From the IMG/VR virus record IMGVR_UViG_3300032893_000032, positions 7,715-71,714 of that record: a stretch of 64,000 nucleotides of DNA; one strand, 5' to 3'. The notes below the pieces were generated by a model. That model searched no databases and had not been told where the DNA came from. It saw only the letters and a list, made by a program, of their open reading frames with translations. This document shows, piece by piece, positions 17,908 to 26,096 of the stretch. Within the stretch, counting starts at the first letter, position 1. The number at the start of each line of letters is the position of its first letter. This DNA comes from a virus. A program made the position numbers and the translations under genes.

Positions 17908-20467
17908 CCTGCGCCATTCGAAGGTTGACCTTCCCTCCCCCGTCTGTTTCGGCATTCCCCAGAAGTTCGCCGACTGGCGGGGGATACAGGCGCAGGCTAT
18001 CTCCGCCTCCCTAGCCAGCCAGAAGAGGTTCGTGTTCCAGTCCGCCCCTACTGGGACGGGGAAGAGCCTGATGTACGTAGCCGAAGCCCTGATGACTGGA
18101 CAGAGGACCGTTATCCTGACGTCGACCAAGGGGCTACAATCGCAGCTGGTGGGGGACTTCCAGGAGTCCGGACTGGTAGACATCCGGGGGATGGGGAACT
18201 ATCCATGTAAGGCGGCGGAGGACTTCGGGCTAACGGCTGGGGCTACGTCCCATGCCATCTCGTGTGAAGAGGGGCCGTGCCGCTCGGGACTTAAGTGTTC
18301 GCTAAAAGACTTCGGCTGTTCCTACTACGATGCCTACCGAGTGGCCCAGGGGGCGGGACTGGTGGTTACTAATTACGCCTACTGGATGACGATTAACAAG
18401 TATGGCGAGGGACTGGGGCACTTCGACCTGCTGGTGATGGACGAAGGCCACAATTGTGTTGTAGCGGGGACGGACGTGGGCGGCACCCCCATAGAAAAAA
18501 TAGAGGTGGGGGATTGGGTGCCATCGTGTTGGCGCGGCTGCATAATTTATAGACGTGTTGTACAGACCTTCCGAAGCCGACCAACACACCTATTAAGGCT
18601 GTGGTGCAACGGACGGCCCACAATTTGTACGGAAAATCACCCAGTCCTGACGCACCGGGGATGGGTATCAGCGGGAACACTACGAATTGGCGACCTTATA
18701 AGGAGCACTCAGAATGAAGAGAACCTTGTACCCCAAGAGAGTGGAGACGAAATGTCACTGGTGTCACGGCCCGGCGGTAGTGGAAGGAAGCAGGCGATGC
18801 TGGGAGTGGCGAAAGAGCGGGAGGGCATACTGCTCGGAGACGTGCGCCCAATCCTACCGGAACAAAGTGACAACGGAGCGAGGGCAGCCGTTGCACGTAC
18901 GTCTGTTCCACTCCAAAAGGATCAAAGGGAAGAACAACCCAATGAAGTCGGCGTCTGCGCGACAGAAACTGAGTCGGACGCTAAAAGCAAATGGAGTGAA
19001 GCCGCCAATTCGAGGAGGGTTTGGGAGTCCGACGCCGAAACCGCAACTGATACTAGCCAAAGCGCTGGATTGGCCGTTAGAAGTAGTGGTACCGACCGGA
19101 CCACGAAGGCCGGGGAAACCGACCAACTACAAGATAGACATTGCAAGTGCGGAACACAAAATCGCAGTGGAAGTAGACGGCAAAAGCCACGGGATGTTGG
19201 ATCGTCAACGCGCCGACCGAGTGAAGGAGAAGTTCTTGGCTGGACGCGGCTGGACGGTGTTGAGGTTCTCAAACCAACAAGTGATGGAGAATTTGGAGGA
19301 CTGTGTCCGGGCGGTTATGTCTATAACCTCGAAGTCGAAGATACCCACAACTATATCGCCAACGGCATAGTCATGCACAATAGCCCCGACGAGCTGTCCA
19401 ATTTTCTGGCGGTGGAGATGGAGATGGGGGAACTGGAGACTGTGCTGGGGGACGCGGGGGTAGGGGTAGGAACGAAGCTTGGAGACTGGCAGAAGTGGGC
19501 TGCGGGACACGCCAGCCGATTGGCGGAGAAGATCGACCGGGCGCAGGCGGAAATGGAAGAGGCAAGGGAAAACGGGTCGGGAAGGGTAGGGTACGGACGG
19601 CTGAAGGTCCTTACCCAGTGGAAAAAGGTCAGCGGACGTCTGAAGTCTATCCTGGGAGCGAAAGGGGAGTGGGTGTATGAGAGACAGGGAAGGACGCACA
19701 GGTTCGACCCGGTGTGGCCGGGGGAGTACGCCGAGGGAGCGTTGTTTAGAGGAATTAAGAAAGTGGCTGTCTTCTCTGCCACGCTTAGACCGAAGACGGC
19801 TGAGGTCCTGGGCGTCCGACGAGAGGAAATGGAGTTCCTTGACTGGCCGTCTCCGTTCCCTGTAAGCAGGCGACCTATCTACCACGTCCCGACCGTGCAG
19901 ATGAATCACCGGACGGCGAAGGATGGAGACAGCTTAAGAAGATGGATGACGAGGATAGATCAGATCCTGAGGCAGAGGCAGGACCGGAAGGGGATTGTCC
20001 ACTGCGTAAGCTATGAAAGGAGGAACTACATACTGCAGAACTCGGAATTCGCCGGATCGATGATCAGCCACGACAGCCGGGGAACGAGGCTGGCGGTGGA
20101 GAAGTACAAGAAAGCGGAGGCACCGGCTGTTCTAGTGTCGCCATCGGTGGGTACGGGTTTCGATTTTCCCGGCAGCGAATGTCGCTTTATCATCATTGGG
20201 AAGCTTCCGTACCCGGACCTACGGTCAGAAATAATGAAAGTAAGGAGGAAGCGGGACGGGACGTACTACGACTACTTAGTCGCCCAGAACTTCGTCCAGA
20301 TGGCGGGAAGAGGGATGAGGTCGGAAGACGACTGGTGCGAGGTACTGGTGATAGATGACAATTGCCTGTGGCACGTGTACCGGTACAAGTCGTTCTACCC
20401 CACGTGGTTCATGGACAGCTTCCAACCTAAAAACGCTATTCCTCCCCCTTTAGGGCTAGATACTTGA
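17897..20467 (+). CDS. DinG/XPD-family SF2 helicase with intein
   Basis: GTG start after AAGGAGG; APTGTGKS, Fe-S-type Cys cluster, DEGH, SATL, GFDFPG and QMAGRGMRSEDD. Confidence 0.92.
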   Translation: MPVSLRHSKVDLPSPVCFGIPQKFADWRGIQAQAISASLASQKRFVFQSAPTGTGKSLMYVAEALMTGQRTVILTSTKGLQSQLVGDFQESGLVDIRGMGNYPCKAAEDFGLTAGATSHAISCEEGPCRSGLKCSLKDFGCSYYDAYRVAQGAGLVVTNYAYWMTINKYGEGLGHFDLLVMDEGHNCVVAGTDVGGTPIEKIEVGDWVPSCWRGCIIYRRVVQTFRSRPTHLLRLWCNGRPTICTENHPVLTHRGWVSAGTLRIGDLIRSTQNEENLVPQESGDEMSLVSRPGGSGRKQAMLGVAKEREGILLGDVRPILPEQSDNGARAAVARTSVPLQKDQREEQPNEVGVCATETESDAKSKWSEAANSRRVWESDAETATDTSQSAGLAVRSSGTDRTTKAGETDQLQDRHCKCGTQNRSGSRRQKPRDVGSSTRRPSEGEVLGWTRLDGVEVLKPTSDGEFGGLCPGGYVYNLEVEDTHNYIANGIVMHNSPDELSNFLAVEMEMGELETVLGDAGVGVGTKLGDWQKWAAGHASRLAEKIDRAQAEMEEARENGSGRVGYGRLKVLTQWKKVSGRLKSILGAKGEWVYERQGRTHRFDPVWPGEYAEGALFRGIKKVAVFSATLRPKTAEVLGVRREEMEFLDWPSPFPVSRRPIYHVPTVQMNHRTAKDGDSLRRWMTRIDQILRQRQDRKGIVHCVSYERRNYILQNSEFAGSMISHDSRGTRLAVEKYKKAEAPAVLVSPSVGTGFDFPGSECRFIIIGKLPYPDLRSEIMKVRRKRDGTYYDYLVAQNFVQMAGRGMRSEDDWCEVLVIDDNCLWHVYRYKSFYPTWFMDSFQPKNAIPPPLGLDT
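18455..19381 (+). mobile_element. Intein (309 aa) just after helicase Walker B (DEGHN|S)
   Basis: Starts CVVAGTDV, has block B CTENHP, ends VYNLEVEDTHNYIANGIVMHN followed by Ser. Confidence 0.93.
18714..19370 (+). CDS. Vsr/DUF559-like endonuclease nested in the intein in the +1 frame
   Basis: Own AGGAG RBS at 18701; CHWC..YCSETC Zn finger; NUMOD3-like GKNNPMK; YKIDIA...IAVEVDGKSH...DRVKEKFL..RGWTVLRFSN. Confidence 0.88.
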   Translation: MKRTLYPKRVETKCHWCHGPAVVEGSRRCWEWRKSGRAYCSETCAQSYRNKVTTERGQPLHVRLFHSKRIKGKNNPMKSASARQKLSRTLKANGVKPPIRGGFGSPTPKPQLILAKALDWPLEVVVPTGPRRPGKPTNYKIDIASAEHKIAVEVDGKSHGMLDRQRADRVKEKFLAGRGWTVLRFSNQQVMENLEDCVRAVMSITSKSKIPTTISPTA

Positions 20468-20499
20468 CAGTCGGGCCGGATCAGTAGGAGCAGCAAAAA

Positions 20500-20790
20500 A
20501 TGCCGTTTAGACCGTGGAGAAACAGTAAAAAGAGAATAGCGGAGCGCAACAAACGTATAATAAGAGAATTCAAAAACGTACCGTGCGCCGATTGTAGGAA
20601 GAGGTACCCCTTCTACGTCATGGACTTCGATCACGTACGGGGTAAAAAGGAGTGTGGTATAGCAAATTTTGTAACCCGTAAGGGTTGCTCCGTAGAGAAG
20701 TTGTTGGAGGAAATCGCAAAGTGTGATGTAGTGTGTGCCAACTGCCACCGGAAAAGAACGCATAAGAGAAGCTCGGGACTATATACTTGA
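20500..20790 (+). CDS. Small HNH endonuclease
   Basis: PCADC....PFYVMDFDHVRG.K....EIAKCDVVCANCHRKRT. Confidence 0.88.
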   Translation: MPFRPWRNSKKRIAERNKRIIREFKNVPCADCRKRYPFYVMDFDHVRGKKECGIANFVTRKGCSVEKLLEEIAKCDVVCANCHRKRTHKRSSGLYT

Positions 20791-20816
20791 CGGGCTGGTC
20801 ATGTGCGTGGTATCCT
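20787..20816 (+). promoter_or_regulatory. sigma70-like promoter
   Basis: tacTTGACG-18 bp-(TGG)TATCCT. Confidence 0.55.
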
Positions 20817-20897
20817 TGCCGTGGCTGGTAGGTAAGCAGGAGAGCAAGGCGGCGTCGGGACCACCTGACAGCCGATTTCGAAAGGAGACAGGACAAA

Positions 20898-21713
20898 ATG
20901 GCAGGACAAAAGGAAACTGGAACAGGAATTAGCATTCGGCCCGACGCATTCAAACATGGCGGCGGTCTGATCAATGACGTGGACGCCCTCATCAAGCAGG
21001 CGCGGTGGGGATACTCCGATTTCAACGGCAAGGCCCCCAACACCCTGGTGGCGCACCTGACCTACGAGTACGAGGACGCGGACGGGGCGAAGCTGGAGGA
21101 AGAAGGGCTATACAGCTGCGGGAAGAAGGGGAGCGAGAACTTCACTCCGTCGAAGGACGGAAAGACCCTGCAGCAAGTCGGCGGGGAAAGCCAGCTGTCC
21201 GACGGGTGCAACTTCTTCACCTTCATCTCGAGCGTGGTGAATGCCGGATACCCGACGGACCAGATCGAGGGATCGGACATCTCCTTCCTCGACGGGTTGA
21301 AGGTTCACCTGTTGCGGGAGAAGCAGCCGGAGCGGTCGGGGATTGCGAAGCGGGAAGACGGGAGAGAGTCGACCGTCCTCTGCATTTCGAAGATCTACAA
21401 CCTTCCGGGCCAGGCTGGGACGAAAGCGGCTGGGAAGGGAGCCAGCGCACCGGCGGCGGCCAAAGGTGGAAAGGCCAATGGAGCGGCGGCTGGATCGGCG
21501 GATGTCGAGTCGGCTGCGGTCGATGCCGTGCTGGATGTGCTGGGAGACGCCGGAGGGACGCTGCAGAAGAAGGAGATCAGCCAGAAACTGTTCGCCTCCC
21601 TCAAGGGAAAGCCGATGCAGAAGGAGATTATCCAGATGGCCTTCCGCGACGAATTTCTATCGGCAGAAGGCCGCCCCTGGACGTTCGCCGACAATACCGT
21701 TTCGCTGGGCTAG
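20898..21713 (+). CDS. Putative ssDNA-binding/recombination protein
   Basis: AAGGAG RBS; beta-rich N-domain, Ala/Gly/Lys linker, small helical C-domain; next to an exonuclease and an AAA ATPase. Function inferred from context. Confidence 0.45.
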   Translation: MAGQKETGTGISIRPDAFKHGGGLINDVDALIKQARWGYSDFNGKAPNTLVAHLTYEYEDADGAKLEEEGLYSCGKKGSENFTPSKDGKTLQQVGGESQLSDGCNFFTFISSVVNAGYPTDQIEGSDISFLDGLKVHLLREKQPERSGIAKREDGRESTVLCISKIYNLPGQAGTKAAGKGASAPAAAKGGKANGAAAGSADVESAAVDAVLDVLGDAGGTLQKKEISQKLFASLKGKPMQKEIIQMAFRDEFLSAEGRPWTFADNTVSLG

Positions 21714-21738
21714 TGGAAGTAGAAAGTCTCTTTCCCCG

Positions 21739-21771
21739 GTGGGCGGGGGATGGCTGCACCGCCCACTTTTT
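21739..21771 (+). terminator. Intrinsic terminator
   Basis: GTGGGCGG...CCGCCCAC stem followed by TTTTT. Confidence 0.65.
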
Positions 21772-21882
21772 CCTTCCAAGGCAGGTTTGATTGAAAAAAT
21801 GTCCATGTCGAAGATTGATCCGATTCGGTAGATGGTGCGAACTTTGCCGGAAAAGGGCTAAAGAACGGAAGCGGAAACGAAA

Positions 21883-22482
21883 ATGGTAGTGACGGAAGTA
21901 CAATTCGACCCCAGACAGATCCTGGGACCGGCGGACACGGACAAGCACCTTGCCCCCCGATCCAAGGGCCTGCACCTGTCGCAGATCTACGACGACCTAC
22001 AGCAGTCGGCAAGGGGTATGGTCATCGGCCAGGACAAGTTGACGAGTGAGGAATTGCAGTGGTACCGCAGCGTCGGATATGTATGGGAGAGGGTGGTGGA
22101 CGATGCCTTCGCCAAATGTCTGCTGTCGCCTAATTGCGTACGACTGGGAGAGGTAACGGTCGACGGAATAACGGGGTCGCCGGATCTCGTGGACCTGTCG
22201 TCGGACGACTGGGTCGTGGTGGATACAAAAGCAACATTCAAATCGTCGCGGAAGCTGGACGATCTGGAGAAGAACTTCTGGACGTGGACGGTGCAGCTGA
22301 AGGGGTACTGCTACATGGTGAAGGCGACCCGAGCGCGGCTGCTGGTAATGCATATCTGTGGTAACTATGCGCCGCCCCGACCGATAGTGAAGCAGTTGGA
22401 ACTGGAATTCACGCAGGAAGAGCTACAGCAGAACTGGAACGTCCTTGTGGCTCATGCCCGCCGGAGGAAATGGTTAAAATGA
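21883..22482 (+). CDS. PD-(D/E)XK Cas4/RecB-like exonuclease
   Basis: HLSQI, GITGSPD, VVDTK and QLKGY motifs. Confidence 0.8.
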   Translation: MVVTEVQFDPRQILGPADTDKHLAPRSKGLHLSQIYDDLQQSARGMVIGQDKLTSEELQWYRSVGYVWERVVDDAFAKCLLSPNCVRLGEVTVDGITGSPDLVDLSSDDWVVVDTKATFKSSRKLDDLEKNFWTWTVQLKGYCYMVKATRARLLVMHICGNYAPPRPIVKQLELEFTQEELQQNWNVLVAHARRRKWLK

Positions 22483-22916
22483 CGGACGGCACACGCATTA
22501 CCCATTTCGACGGCCCGTACAATTTCCTGTCGAACTTCTATCGGGTAGATATCGAATTTGAAGGGGTGGTATACCCGTCCGTAGAGCACGCCTATCAGGC
22601 GGCTAAGACGCTGGATACGGGGGAGCGTATCAGGATCGCCCAACTCCCTAGCCCGGCTGCCGCCAAGAAAGCGGGGAGGAAGGTGGAGCTACGGCCCCAC
22701 TGGGACGCGATGCGGATAGACGTGATGCATGAACTCCTACGCCGGAAGTTCTACCTCGGCGACGGCCTGAGGGAGCGGCTGCTGGCCACCGGGAACGCCA
22801 CCCTAGTGGAAGGGAACTGGTGGGGGGATAACTTCTGGGGGTCATGCCCACCTAATGGGCGTGGTGCTAACAACCTAGGAAAGCTCCTAATGAAGGTAAG
22901 AGAGGAATTAAAATGA
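22479..22916 (+). CDS. NADAR (YbiA-like) protein
   Basis: FLSNFY, YPSVEHAYQAAK, LLATG.A.LVEGN.WGD.FWG and G.NNLGKLLMKVR. Confidence 0.95.
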   Translation: MTDGTRITHFDGPYNFLSNFYRVDIEFEGVVYPSVEHAYQAAKTLDTGERIRIAQLPSPAAAKKAGRKVELRPHWDAMRIDVMHELLRRKFYLGDGLRERLLATGNATLVEGNWWGDNFWGSCPPNGRGANNLGKLLMKVREELK

Positions 22917-23686
22917 AGATTATTAGGCCGTATGCCCGAATCACTTCTGACTCCCACGCCCATATTCCACTAAACGGGATGCGGCATATTGAGTGGTGCG
23001 CCCGTATTTCCCACCGTTCGGAGGACGCCCAGTCACAAGACTCCTGGCGGCGGCTGATCCAGTCGGTGGTGTTGGAGCACGGGGACTGGTCGGTGGTGGA
23101 GCATGTCAGCGTGACTGTTGACGCGGTGGTCGACCGGGGAATAACACACGAGTGGGTGAGACACCGGCTATTCTCGTATACGCAAGAGTCAACGAGGTTC
23201 GTGAACTACGAGAAGAAGATGGCACCGAGTTTCATTTACCCGAAGCCGGAGGTAGAGTGCCTTCTGTGCATGAACGGTCACGAACTCCGCCACGACTACA
23301 AAAATCCTTATGGTGTGTGGTGGCACAGCGATGTCAGTTTACGGACACCGGAAGAATGCGCTAATCGGAACTGCGCGTATGATCCGCGTTGGCTAAATGC
23401 GATTAATGAGGCGGAAACTTCCTACATCTCACTTGTCAAAAATGGGTGGAGGCCACAGGAGGCCCGGTCCGTCTTCCCTAACGCTCTCGCCTCCCGCCTA
23501 GTCACCACCGGCAACCTCCGCAACTGGCGACACTTTTTCATCATGCGGACCACCGCCGAGGCCCACCCGCAGATGCGGCAGGTAACCATTCCGCTGCTGG
23601 CGGAGTTCAAGTCCAAGTTCCCGCTGATCTTCGACGACATCGAACCAACGGCGAAACAATCGGAATCCATGAAAAGGATGCGGTAG
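22913..23686 (+). CDS. thyX: Flavin-dependent thymidylate synthase
   Basis: RHRLFSYTQESTR signature; EARSVFPN; NLRNWRHF..R...AHPQMR. Confidence 0.95.
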   Translation: MKIIRPYARITSDSHAHIPLNGMRHIEWCARISHRSEDAQSQDSWRRLIQSVVLEHGDWSVVEHVSVTVDAVVDRGITHEWVRHRLFSYTQESTRFVNYEKKMAPSFIYPKPEVECLLCMNGHELRHDYKNPYGVWWHSDVSLRTPEECANRNCAYDPRWLNAINEAETSYISLVKNGWRPQEARSVFPNALASRLVTTGNLRNWRHFFIMRTTAEAHPQMRQVTIPLLAEFKSKFPLIFDDIEPTAKQSESMKRMR

Positions 23687-23704
23687 GGAGGAACAAGGAG
23701 ACTT

Positions 23705-24553
23705 ATGGCAACGAACGTACCAAGTGGCAGTCAGCAGTCGAACGTCGTCCGGACCCAGTCGGCAGCCGACTTACTTTCAGGTCCGGACCTCAGGGAATTT
23801 CTCCTCCTGGTGGGGAAGGACGGCGTGGGGAAGACCTGTGCCGTCCTTTCTCTTGCCCGATGGGTGGAGATGTGTGTCAACCCGGAGGCTACCTTCTACC
23901 TGATAGACAGTGAGAACAAGGTCCGGTCGGCCATGAAGGCGTTTGGCGGCGATGCGCCGGGGAACGTCGTCTACTACAAGGTCGACACCATGAACCAGGC
24001 GACCTGGGCGGTGGACGACATACTGAGGAAGCATAAGCCGGGGGACTGGTTGGGTGTGGAATCAATGTCCAGATTGTGGGAGCGGGCACAAGACTTAGCC
24101 TATCTCGCCACCTCCCAGCTGGACAAGGCGGAGTATTTGGAGAAGCGAGCAAGGGAAGGGAAGAAGGCTCCTCCGATCCCGTCCCCGGACAGCTTCTGGT
24201 CGGTGGCCAAGGGGGCGCATGACGGGGCCTTTCTGGATAGGCTGGCGCTGGTTGAGGATCTGAACGTCGTCCTGACATCCACGCTGCAGAAGCCGCCGAA
24301 GGAAGGCGGATTCATGAAGGAGAATGTGGATAGGAAAGCTGTGCGAGTCGAAATGGGGATAGACCTTGGGATCGACGGGGCACCGAGACTGCCGTATTAC
24401 GTCGAGACCCTGGCGATGCTGACGCTGAAAGCCGGACAGGTAAGCTGCCAGGTGCTGAGGGACAACCTGTCGGGGAAGGACGAGACGCGGGTGGAGTTCG
24501 AAGTCCCGGACCGGAAGAGCTGGGCGGGAGAATTCTGGGGGAGGTGCAGGTAA
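23705..24553 (+). CDS. AAA_24/Sak4-like ATPase
   Basis: Walker A GKDGVGKT, IDSE and a variant Walker B (GVESMS). Confidence 0.7.
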   Translation: MATNVPSGSQQSNVVRTQSAADLLSGPDLREFLLLVGKDGVGKTCAVLSLARWVEMCVNPEATFYLIDSENKVRSAMKAFGGDAPGNVVYYKVDTMNQATWAVDDILRKHKPGDWLGVESMSRLWERAQDLAYLATSQLDKAEYLEKRAREGKKAPPIPSPDSFWSVAKGAHDGAFLDRLALVEDLNVVLTSTLQKPPKEGGFMKENVDRKAVRVEMGIDLGIDGAPRLPYYVETLAMLTLKAGQVSCQVLRDNLSGKDETRVEFEVPDRKSWAGEFWGRCR

Positions 24554-24554
24554 G

Positions 24555-24875
24555 ATGAAAACGGTGGCGAACGCCGACATGAATCCGAAGACGGACCTTT
24601 CCCGCACCCCTCGCGCCCTCGCCATGCTGCTGGCCATCTCGAACTTCGACGGGGACTGGCGACAGGTGGAGGGGGTGACGGAGGTGGACCGGATCTTTCT
24701 GGAAGACATGCTGGGGAAGGCGGGGAAATACAGAAAGGGAATGCAGGTGAGCCGGAGACAGTTCGCCCGTCTCCGGGACCTGCACGGGCTAATTGTTAGG
24801 GGGAAGACGGTGGGGAAGGTCGAAACGAAGGCGGAGAAGATGGCTGAGAAGGTGGAAGGAGCGGTCGCCCGATGA
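24555..24875 (+). CDS. Hypothetical protein
   Basis: Coupled ORF, 106 aa. Confidence 0.55.
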   Translation: MKTVANADMNPKTDLSRTPRALAMLLAISNFDGDWRQVEGVTEVDRIFLEDMLGKAGKYRKGMQVSRRQFARLRDLHGLIVRGKTVGKVETKAEKMAEKVEGAVAR

Positions 24876-25114
24876 ACATCTCCTGTCCCAATTGCCGCGC
24901 CGTCATCATCTCCTCCCTTTCCACCGCCCGCCATCCCTCCCCCGACATCTGGTCGCGGGAAGTAGTCTGTAGCCGCTGCCGGGCGGTATACCGGATAGAG
25001 GTAAATCTGCTAAGAGAAGGGGAGACGAAAGAAGAAAGAGCGGGGAGAAAGGAAAAAGAGCAGGGGAAAGGGGGTAAGCCCGATGAAGTCGATAACGCTG
25101 CTCAGCGATCATGA
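24872..25114 (+). CDS. Zn-ribbon protein
   Basis: CPNC...CSRC; ATGA overlap. Confidence 0.6.
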   Translation: MNISCPNCRAVIISSLSTARHPSPDIWSREVVCSRCRAVYRIEVNLLREGETKEERAGRKEKEQGKGGKPDEVDNAAQRS

Positions 25115-25421
25115 GGCGGATGTGCTGCAGGCCATCCATAGGGAGGCCCAGCGCGCTGTCCTCTTCCACGGGGAAGTTACCGACGACCCCTGCCGCGTGA
25201 TCGCCAACCTGACGAAGGAACTGGGGGAGGCGGCGCAGGAAGTGACGAAGATGACCAGCCGGTCGATGAAGGAGCGGGAGGGGAGGAACGACCCGGAAGA
25301 AAAGATCCTCCCGGTGACGAGGGAGGACAGGCTGGCGAGAATCGCGATGGAGCTGGTACAGGTGGCGGCTTACTGCTACCTGGTGGTAATGAAAATTGAA
25401 CAAGGTGGATACCGGGATTGA
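25083..25421 (+). CDS. mazZ: MazG-like NTP pyrophosphohydrolase (MazZ-like)
   Basis: LTKELGEAAQ...ELVQVAA all-alpha MazG motifs; lies just upstream of purZ. Confidence 0.7.
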   Translation: MKSITLLSDHEADVLQAIHREAQRAVLFHGEVTDDPCRVIANLTKELGEAAQEVTKMTSRSMKEREGRNDPEEKILPVTREDRLARIAMELVQVAAYCYLVVMKIEQGGYRD

Positions 25422-25425
25422 TAGG

Positions 25426-25454
25426 TTGACGTCGGCAAGACTGCGTGGTATACT
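25426..25454 (+). promoter_or_regulatory. Promoter for LAGLIDADG-purZ; likely leaderless first ORF
   Basis: TTGACG-17 bp-(TGG)TATACT with an ATG 6 nt after the -10. Confidence 0.7.
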
Positions 25455-25460
25455 GATCCC

Positions 25461-26096
25461 ATGACTGGTAAGGTACTTTACGCATGGCTGGCTGCGCTTA
25501 TCGACGGGGAAGGGGCGGTAATGCTGATAGACAAGCGGGGGAGTGGGCACGCGGTCCGTGTTGGTCAATTCCGCCCCACCATCAATGTGTCGAACTCCGA
25601 CTACCGACTGATCCTAGCTCTGATGAAGGAGACAGGGATTCACCGAGTGTACGCCCACAAAAAGGGAAGCCCCAACGGAAAAGTTCGCAATCGATACGTG
25701 TGGTCGTGGCGTCTTGCCAACCGGGACATACGAGAGTGGGGGCCAAAAATTCTTCCGTTTCTGGTTATTAAGCGACGTCAGGTAGAGCTGATATTGGAGT
25801 ACGTAAACTTCAACTATCGGTGGTTGACGCTACGTAAGAACAAAAAGAAAGTTGAGGAGATGAAGCGACGCAAGGTGGAGATCTTCACGGAGATACGGGC
25901 GCTTAACGAACGCGGGATCGACAATCGCCATCTTATTCCAGAAATTAACCGGATTCGTAATGAGTATAATGCCAAATTAAAACAGGAGAGGGGAAACAAG
26001 TCATGGAAAGAGCTAAGGGAACAGGAAACCCGATCACAGTCGTCCAAGGCGGTTTTTGGGGATCGGAGGGGAAGGGCGCAGTTACAGCGTTCCTGA
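25461..26096 (+). CDS. Single-motif LAGLIDADG homing endonuclease
   Basis: WLAALIDGEGAV, INVSNSD..LI and ILPFLVIKRRQ; lower GC than its neighbours. Confidence 0.9.
   Translation: MTGKVLYAWLAALIDGEGAVMLIDKRGSGHAVRVGQFRPTINVSNSDYRLILALMKETGIHRVYAHKKGSPNGKVRNRYVWSWRLANRDIREWGPKILPFLVIKRRQVELILEYVNFNYRWLTLRKNKKKVEEMKRRKVEIFTEIRALNERGIDNRHLIPEINRIRNEYNAKLKQERGNKSWKELREQETRSQSSKAVFGDRRGRAQLQRS

Noticed and set aside
20464-20495. Promoter at TTGACA 20464
   Set aside because: No acceptable -10 at 16-18 bp; treated as part of a duplicated site.
21883-22482. CRISPR-associated cas4
   Set aside because: No four-Cys Fe-S motif, no other cas genes and no array; it is a phage recombination exonuclease.
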